64,000 nucleotides of DNA, from the NCBI GenBank assembly GCA_020184695.1, contig JAANOX010000237.1:62001-126000 (forward strand), read 5' to 3'. Position numbers and translations under genes: made by a program. The first letter of the stretch is position 1. The number at the start of each line of letters is the position of its first letter. Below are positions 56,816 through 64,000 of this stretch, in pieces. A model generated the notes under the pieces. That model was given only the letters and a program-made list of their open reading frames with translations. It searched no databases and had not been told where the DNA came from. Origin of the DNA: Histomonas meleagridis 2922-C6/04-290x. Taxonomy: Eukaryota; Protista; Parabasalia.

Positions 56816-57154
56816 ATGGTGTAAAATGCTTTTGAGATTTATTATTTAATTTATGCTTATTTTTAGATCTGAAAACAGTTTTGTTAAATTTATATAAAAA
56901 GTATATTTTCATGAAGCAAATTTGATGAAGAATATATCTACAAATATTTATATATGTTGAATCAAATGCCAAATTATAAAATCCAAAATAATTAAAGTTA
57001 TTATCAAGAATTTTTATATAAAAATTCTGATGGATATCAAAAAACATTAAATAAATGAAAAAAATCTTTTAATAAAGAAAAGAATTTATCATAAAAAATT
57101 TAAACATTTAAGAATTTAAAGAAAATAAGAATGAGAAAGCTATAATAAGAAATA

Positions 57155-57747
57155 AGATACTTTAATAATCTTGAACGTCGTTTAAATTCTTTATTTGCTG
57201 ATGCATTTGATGAAGAATTTAATAATATGATTGAACAAGATAAACCTAAAGAACAAAAAGAAGAAAAACCTAAAGAAGAAGAATTTAAGAAAGAATTAAA
57301 AGAAACACAACAAAAGATTGTTAAAAAAAGCCTGAAAATTTATAGACCACAAAATTATTATAGAACTTATTCATCACAAAGATACTTTAATGGTAATGAA
57401 AAAAATTCGAAGAAATTCGTGAACAAACTACTGATGCGAAAGAGACTTATATTTCTAAAATTAAAAGAATTGGTAATCGTTGGGTTCAAGTCGATGAAGT
57501 TGTAGATAAAGAAGGTAAGAAAACAACTAAAGAAACATGGCATAATGTAGGTGAAGATGAAATTGATGCATTTGAAAATGAATGGTCTTTAAGACGTGGT
57601 ATTGAAGCTATTGGTAGTAAAAATGAAGAAAAACCTGCAATTAAATCAGAAAATACAGAGAAAAAAGAAGAACCTAAAGAAGAAACTAAGGAAGAACCTA
57701 AAGAAGAAACTAAGGAAGAACCTAAAGAAACAAAAGAACAACAATAA
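57155..57747 (+). pseudogene. MLF-like (trichomonad gp38-type) copy A; 5' end degraded, homopolymer frameshifts
   Basis: RYFNNLERRLNSLFADAFDEEF...KRIGNRWVQVDE...KETWHNVGEDEIDAFENEW. Confidence 0.6.
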
Positions 57748-58025
57748 AATTGTTAAATAAACATGTAAATTAAATAAATTTTATATTTATTTTATTAAAC
57801 AACTTAATAATCATTAATAATCATTAATAATCATTAATAATCATTAATAATCATGTTAATATAATTAAAAATATAATATTATAAAAATTAAAGTAATTTT
57901 ATTAATTATTTATATAAATTTTTTAAATAATTTTATTAATAATAAATAAATAAATAAAACATTTATATTTAATAATTTCTTTAAAAAATATAATTTCATA
58001 TTAATGTAAAAATAAATTAAAAAAA

Positions 58026-58142
58026 GGAAGCAGCACCATACGTTCCCAGGAAGTCTCCCAGCCTAGTACTGATATGGCCCGCGATTGCTTAATTTCCAGG
58101 TTCGAAATGGAGCTGGATGTATCCAATCGGGTATGGCCGCTT
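58026..58142 (-). rRNA. 5S: 5S rRNA copy 1
   Basis: Reverse complement AAGCGGCCATACCCG...AGTACTAGGCTGGGAGAC...GGTGCTGCTT followed by oligo-T. Confidence 0.93.
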
Positions 58143-58394
58143 CAATAAAATATTTTAATATCCATCCTTAAATATTTCTTAATTTATTATTTAATTTGAA
58201 TTTGATTAAAACGTTTTTGCAAAATCAAAAATTTCGTTATTCTTTGACACTTTCGCATAAACCATACAAAAAGTCGGACGATAAAGATATTTTAATAACT
58301 AATTGATCGGTCATTTAATTTAAGAAAATTTCAATTGATAAATGTTTTAATTTATTCTAAATGAACAATTAAGAGTTTAATTCATTTTTTAATT

Positions 58395-58876
58395 ATGTTT
58401 GGTTATTTTACTGATCCATTTTATGATCCATTCGTGGAATACAGACCAATAAGAGTTTATCATCCATTTAATGCGATGAACAGATACTTTAATAATCTTG
58501 ACCAAAAAATTATTATAGAACTTATTCATCACAAAGATACTTTAATGGTAATGAAAAATTCGAAGAAATTCGTGAACAAACTAATGATGGAGAAAAGACT
58601 TATATTTCTAAAATTAAAAGAATTGGTAATCGTTGGGTTCAAGTCGATGAAGTTGTAGATAAAGAAGGTAAGAAAACAACTAAAGAAACATGGCATAATG
58701 TAGGTGAAGATGAAATTGATGCATTTGAAAATGAATGGTCTTTAAGACGTGGTATTGAAGCTATTGGTAGTAAAAATGAAGAAAAACCTGCAATTAAATC
58801 AGAAAATACAGAGAAAAAGGAAGAACCTAAAGAAGAAACTAAGGAAGAACCTAAAGAAACAAAAGAACAACAATAA
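58395..58876 (+). pseudogene. MLF-like copy B with about 170-nt internal deletion and frameshifts
   Basis: aataatcttg joins directly to accaaaaaattattataga near 58500. Confidence 0.65.
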
Positions 58877-59155
58877 AAATATTAAATAAACATGTAAATT
58901 AAATAAATTTTATATTTATTTTATTAAACAATTTAATAATCATTAATAATCATTAATAATCATTAATAATCATTAATAATCATTATGTTAATAAAGTTAA
59001 AAATATAATATTATAAAAATTAAAGTAATTTTATTAATTATTTATATAAATTTTTTAAATAATTTTATTAATAATAAATAAATAAATAAAACATTTATAT
59101 TTAATAATTTCTTTAAAAAATATAATTTCATATTAATGTAAAAATAAATTAAAAA

Positions 59156-59272
59156 GGAAGCAGCACCATACGTTCCCAGGAAGTCTCCCAGCCTAGTACT
59201 GATATGGCCCGCGATTGCTTAATTTCCAGGTTCGAAATGGAGCTGGATGTATCCAATCGGGTATGGCCGCTT
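59156..59272 (-). rRNA. 5S: 5S rRNA copy 2
   Basis: Same sequence as copy 1. Confidence 0.93.
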
Positions 59273-59524
59273 CAATAAAATATTTTAATATCCATCCTTA
59301 AATATTTCTTAATTTATTATTTAATTTGAATTTGATTAAAACGTTTTTGCAAAATCAAAAATTTCGTTATTCTTTGACACTTTCGCATAAACCATACAAA
59401 AAGTCGGACGATAAAGATATTTTAATAACTAATTGATCGGTCATTTAATTTAAGAAAATTTCAATTGATAAATGTTTTAATTTATTCTAAATGAACAATT
59501 AAGAGTTTAATTCATTTTTTAATT

Positions 59525-60178
59525 ATGTTTGGTTATTTTACTGATCCATTTTATGATCCATTCGTGGAATACAGACCAATAAGAGTTTATCATCCATTTA
59601 ATGCGATGAACAGATACTTTTAATAATGTTGAACGTAGTTTAAATGCTTTGTTTGCTGATGCATTTGATGAAGAATTTAATAATATGATTGAACAAGATA
59701 AAACAAAAAAAAAAAAAGAAGAAAAACCTAAAGAAGAAGAACTTAAGAAAGAAATAAAAGAAACACAACAAAAGATTGTTAAAAAAGCCTGAAAATTATA
59801 GACCACAAAATTATTATAGAACTTATTCATCACAAAGATACTTTAATGGTAATGAAAAATTCGAAGAAATTCGTGAACAAACTAATGATGGAGAAAAGAC
59901 TTATATATCTAAAATTTAAAAGAATTGGTAATCGTTGGGTTCAAGTCGATGAAGTTGTAGATAAAGAAGGTAAGAAAACAACTAAAGAAACATGGCATAA
60001 TGTAGGTGAAGATGAAATTGATGCATTTGAAAATGAATGGTCTTTAAGACGTGGTATTGAAGCTATTGGTAGTAAAAATGAAGAAAAACCTGCAATTAAA
60101 TCAGAAAATACAGAGAAAAAAGAAGAACCTAAAGAAGAAACTAAGGAAGAACCTAAAGAAACAAAAGAACAACAATAA
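59525..60178 (+). pseudogene. MLF-like copy C, frameshifted at homopolymers (may be intact in vivo)
   Basis: MFGYFTDPFYDPF...EPKETKEQQ across frames. Confidence 0.6.
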
Positions 60179-60454
60179 AATTGTTAAATAAACATGTAAA
60201 TTAAATAAATTTTATATTTATTTTATTAAACAACTTAATAATCATTAATAATCATTAATAATCATTAATAATCATTAATAATCATGTTAATATAATTAAA
60301 AATATAATATTATAAAAATTAAAGTAATTTTATTAATTATTTATATAAATTTTTTAAATAATTTTATTAATAATAAATAAATAAATAAAACATTTATATT
60401 TAATAATTTCTTTAAAAAATATAATTTCATATTAATGTAAAAATAAATTAAAAA

Positions 60455-60571
60455 GGAAGCAGCACCATACGTTCCCAGGAAGTCTCCCAGCCTAGTACTG
60501 ATATGGCCCGCGATTGCTTAATTTCCAGGTTCGAAATGGAGCTGGATGTATCCAATCGGGTATGGCCGCTT
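60455..60571 (-). rRNA. 5S: 5S rRNA copy 3
   Basis: Same sequence as copy 1. Confidence 0.93.
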
Positions 60572-60810
60572 CAATAAAATATTTTAATATCCATCCTTAA
60601 ATATTTCTTAATTTATTATTTAATTTGAATTTGATTAAAACGTTTTTGCAAAATCAAAAATTTCGTTATTCTTTGACACTTTCGCATAAACCATACAAAA
60701 AGTCGGACGATAAAGATATTTTAATAACTAATTGATCGGTCATTTAATTTAAGAAAATTTCAATTGATAAATGTTTTAATTTATTCTAAATGAACAATTA
60801 AGAGTTTAAT

Positions 60811-60817
60811 TCATTTT
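60811..60817 (+). promoter_or_regulatory. Initiator (Inr)-like TCATTTT just upstream of the MLF-like ATG (also at 58382 and 59512)
   Basis: Matches the trichomonad TCA(Y)(W) Inr, about 13 nt before ATG. Confidence 0.55.
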
Positions 60818-60823
60818 TTAATT

Positions 60824-61480
60824 ATGTTTGGTTATTTTACTGATCCATTTTATGATCCATTCGTGGAATACAGACCAATAAGAGTTTATCATCCATTTAA
60901 TGCGATGAACAGATACTTTTAATAATCTTGAACGACGTTTAAATTCTGTGATTGCTGATGCATTTGATGAAGAATTTAATAATATGATTGAACAAGATAA
61001 ACCTAAAAAAAAAAAAAAAAAAAAAACCTAAAGAAGAAGAACTTAAGAAAGAAATAAAAGAAACACAACAAAAGATTGTTAAAAAAAGCCTGAAAATTAT
61101 AGACCACAAAAATTATTATAGAACTTATTCATCACAAAGATACTTTAATGGTAATGAAAAATTCGAAGAAATTCGTGAACAAACTAATGATGGAGAAAAG
61201 ACTTATATTTCTAAAATTTAAAAGAATTGGTAATCGTTGGGTTCAAGTCGATGAAGTTGTAGATAAAGAAGGTAAGAAAACAACTAAAGAAACATGGCAT
61301 AATGTAGGTGAAGATGAAATTGATGCATTTGAAAATGAATGGTCTTTAAGACGTGGTATTGAAGCTATTGGTAGTAAAAATGAAGAAAAACCTGCAATTA
61401 AATCAGAAAATACAGAGAAAAAAGAAGAACCTAAAGAAGAAACTAAGGAAGAACCTAAAGAAACAAAAGAACAACAATAA
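60824..61480 (+). pseudogene. MLF-like copy D, frameshifted at homopolymers (may be intact in vivo)
   Basis: As copy C; long A-run at about 61004-61026. Confidence 0.6.
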
Positions 61481-61734
61481 AATTGTTAAATAAACATGTA
61501 AATTAAATAAATTTTATATTTATTTTATTAAACAACTTAATAATCATTAATAATCATTAATAATCATTAATAATCATTAATAATCATGTTAATATAATTA
61601 AAAATATATAATATTATAAAAAAAATTAAAGTAATTTTTATTAATTATTTATATAAATTTTAAAATAAAACATTTATATTTAATAATTTCTTTAAAAAAT
61701 ATAATTTCATATTAATGTAAAAATAAATTAAAAA

Positions 61735-61851
61735 GGAAGCAGCACCATACGTTCCCAGGAAGTCTCCCAGCCTAGTACTGATATGGCCCGCGATTGCTTA
61801 ATTTCCAGGTTCGAAATGGAGCTGGATGTATCCAATCGGGTATGGCCGCTT
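61735..61851 (-). rRNA. 5S: 5S rRNA copy 4
   Basis: Same sequence as copy 1; its upstream flank diverges from the other units. Confidence 0.93.
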
Positions 61852-62637
61852 CAATAAAATATTTGAATATTCATCCTTAAACATTTCTTAATTTATTATT
61901 TAATTAAATCGTTTTTGCAAAATTAAAAATTTCTTCTTCTGAGGCACTTTTGGAATAAACCATAGAAAAAGTCGGACGACGGTTAAAAGTGACACGTTTA
62001 AAACTTTGGCTATTACGACCATTTAAAAATTCAAAATATTAATATTATATTTTTCTAATTTTATTTAAATATATTAAACCAACAATTTTTAATTACATAT
62101 CTTATTGTTATATACAACACAGATTTTATATTTTTTTTGATTCTTAGCTCTTCATTTCAATTTTTTTATTCATATGATACGCATTCATTCTTCTCGTATT
62201 GATTATTTCATTTTTTACTTCTTCTTTACTCATATGAAATAGCCTGTATAAAATATTAGTTCATCTTGTTCATTGTTTAGATTTCTTTTTGTTCATTGAT
62301 TGAATGTATTTTGATTAATCAAAAGTTAATCATTCAAATGTTAATCATTTTGGTGTCACTTTAATATCCACATTGTAAAGACTCATGTTATTTCATCTCA
62401 TTTATTCATTGTTTAAATCTTTTGAATTTTTTTAATTTTAACCAACACTTCTCGTCATTTAAGTAAAGCTTTACATTCGAATGTACAAACCAACATCCTC
62501 AACAAAACAATCAATTATTCAAAAAGTTTAATCAACGATTATTATTCAATCAAAAAGCCGACACAAAAAACAACTTTTTGGTACCCCATTCCACTTTTTG
62601 GACTTGACATTTTTACAAAAAGTGTGATGTGAAGTGA

Positions 62638-64000
62638 ATGTTTGCCAAAATTTTCATGTCGTTTGGGAAATTCGTCGCATATTTTGATTCTACAAGAGAT
62701 AAATTGCCAGTCAAAGGAATAACAGTAGAATGCGAGCAAAGGGGATTCATTGTAGACCTTAAATATACTCAAGTTATACAAACAAAAAGAAATATTGATG
62801 AACTCACTTATACATTTCCAACAGACAACAAAATTTGTGTATACAAAACGCATTTTGTTGTTGGTGATGAGGTCATAGAGATGAGACTTAAGCCAAAAGA
62901 ACAAGCAGAAGAGATATATGAAGAAGCAAAAAATTCAGGAAAAACAGCAGCAATTAGTAAGCACATTGATTACGGATATGAATCATTCACAATTGGTCGC
63001 GTTCCAGCGAACACTGAAGTCAAAGCTATATTCAATTGTGCATTTGAAGCAAATCTTGAAGATCCAAAGACGATATTTGTTAAGTTCCCTCTTGAGCTTA
63101 TTTCGCCATCTGGTTCAGTAACCAATTTATATGGAAGAGGTGATAATGATTTTTCATTCAAATTTGAATTGAATACCAAACAAACAGTTGCCATCGAAAG
63201 TGTCACCACTAATGGAAATTCTACTTACGAGAAAATCGATGATTATAGTGGAAAACTTACCTTAAATCGGATACCAAATTCTGCAATATTTATCCGAACA
63301 AAACTCACAGATAACTTTGACAGTATTGCACTTAAAACACCCAAAGCCACAGCTATCAATTTTGCTCCATCATATCAATCAAAAGAATTACAAAATCAAG
63401 AATTTGTTTTTGTAATTGATTGTAGTGGTTCAATGTCTGGCTCACGAATCAGCAAAGCGAGGGAATGCCTTGAAATATTCATTCGTTCACTTCCAGTTCA
63501 ATGTATGTTCAACATTGTTCGATTTGGGTCAAGATTCGAAGAGCTATGGAAAGCGTCACAACCATATTCACAGAATTCATTTGATGAAGCAATTCGTTAT
63601 GTCAAAGAAATGCAGGCTGACCTCGGCGGCACCAACATTTTGCCAGCGTTAGAATCGGTTCTTAAAAACAAACCGAAGTCAATTCGTCAAATTTTCATAC
63701 TAACCGACGGCGAAGTGAACTATCCCAATCAAACATACGAACTCCTCGAAAAAAACAAAACAAATAATCGTTGCTTCACTATTGGCCTTGGTTCAGGAGC
63801 TGATGCAGGGTTTGTAGAACGAGTTGCTTCGATTACTAGTGGGAAATCAGATTTCGTATTAGAAGGAGATGACCTTTCAATGAAAGTTATTCCACAATTA
63901 AACATGTCAATGTGTTCTAGCCTAAGCAAAATTGAAGTTCATGTTGAAGGTTCACAATCATTCCAGATAACACCATTTCCAATTCCAATTGTTCCACAAG
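62638..64000 (+). CDS. VIT-vWA domain protein, runs off the window end (ATG 62638 or 62656)
   Basis: Manual translation: ELTYTFPTDNKICVY (VIT), FVFVIDCSGSMSG, FNIVRFG, LGGTNI, IFILTDGEV, FTIGLGSG. Confidence 0.85.
   Translation, partial: MFAKIFMSFGKFVAYFDSTRDKLPVKGITVECEQRGFIVDLKYTQVIQTKRNIDELTYTFPTDNKICVYKTHFVVGDEVIEMRLKPKEQAEEIYEEAKNSGKTAAISKHIDYGYESFTIGRVPANTEVKAIFNCAFEANLEDPKTIFVKFPLELISPSGSVTNLYGRGDNDFSFKFELNTKQTVAIESVTTNGNSTYEKIDDYSGKLTLNRIPNSAIFIRTKLTDNFDSIALKTPKATAINFAPSYQSKELQNQEFVFVIDCSGSMSGSRISKARECLEIFIRSLPVQCMFNIVRFGSRFEELWKASQPYSQNSFDEAIRYVKEMQADLGGTNILPALESVLKNKPKSIRQIFILTDGEVNYPNQTYELLEKNKTNNRCFTIGLGSGADAGFVERVASITSGKSDFVLEGDDLSMKVIPQLNMSMCSSLSKIEVHVEGSQSFQITPFPIPIVPQ

Larger units (their letters stand above)
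57155..61960. repeat. Tandem array of about four units (1130-1299 nt), each an MLF-like gene (+) and a convergent 5S rRNA gene (-)
   Basis: Near-identical blocks; 5S copies spaced 1130, 1299 and 1280 nt; internal (AATCATTAAT)n tract. Confidence 0.95.

Noticed and set aside
57061-57155. A-rich scrambled version of the MLF-like 5' end
   Set aside because: More likely low-quality consensus or decay at the array edge than a functional element.

Overview
AT-rich eukaryotic genomic DNA using the standard code, almost certainly from a parabasalid (trichomonad). Support: an NFU protein with an ML...RFF hydrogenosomal-type presequence, GP63, DUF3447-type ankyrin genes, TCATT Inr motifs and one GTATGT...ACTAACACATAG intron. 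The window holds about 28 ordinary protein genes (AAA ATPase, MO25, 3R-Myb, TOR, MATE, DH-PH-FYVE, GP63, SCAMP, CCR4-like, PH-AGC kinase, NFU, TH1/NELF-C/D-like, ABHD, VIT-vWA and others), a tRNA-Ser, a tandem array of four 5S rRNA genes each paired with an MLF-like gene, a 22-nt minisatellite and an intron-borne C/D snoRNA candidate. The standout signal is in three ankyrin genes (6385-8593 +, 30632-34449 -, 41897-44451 +) that look truncated in the ORF track. At every inter-repeat hairpin, individual loop codons are separated by U-rich spacers of exactly 17 nt (17+3+17+3+17+3+17 = 77 nt). By manual parsing there are 109 spacers at 29 junctions (105 of 17 nt, 4 of 18 nt), and they lack GT-AG ends. 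Removing them restores continuous frames with textbook hairpins such as KD-K-Y-G-RTAL, KD-N-W-G-DTAL and KD-D-F-G-TTAL. This points to an apparently undescribed system of single-codon micro-exons and tiny non-canonical intervening sequences. The mechanism (RNA, ribosome or DNA level) cannot be determined from sequence alone. Homopolymer frameshifts elsewhere suggest some consensus errors in the assembly.
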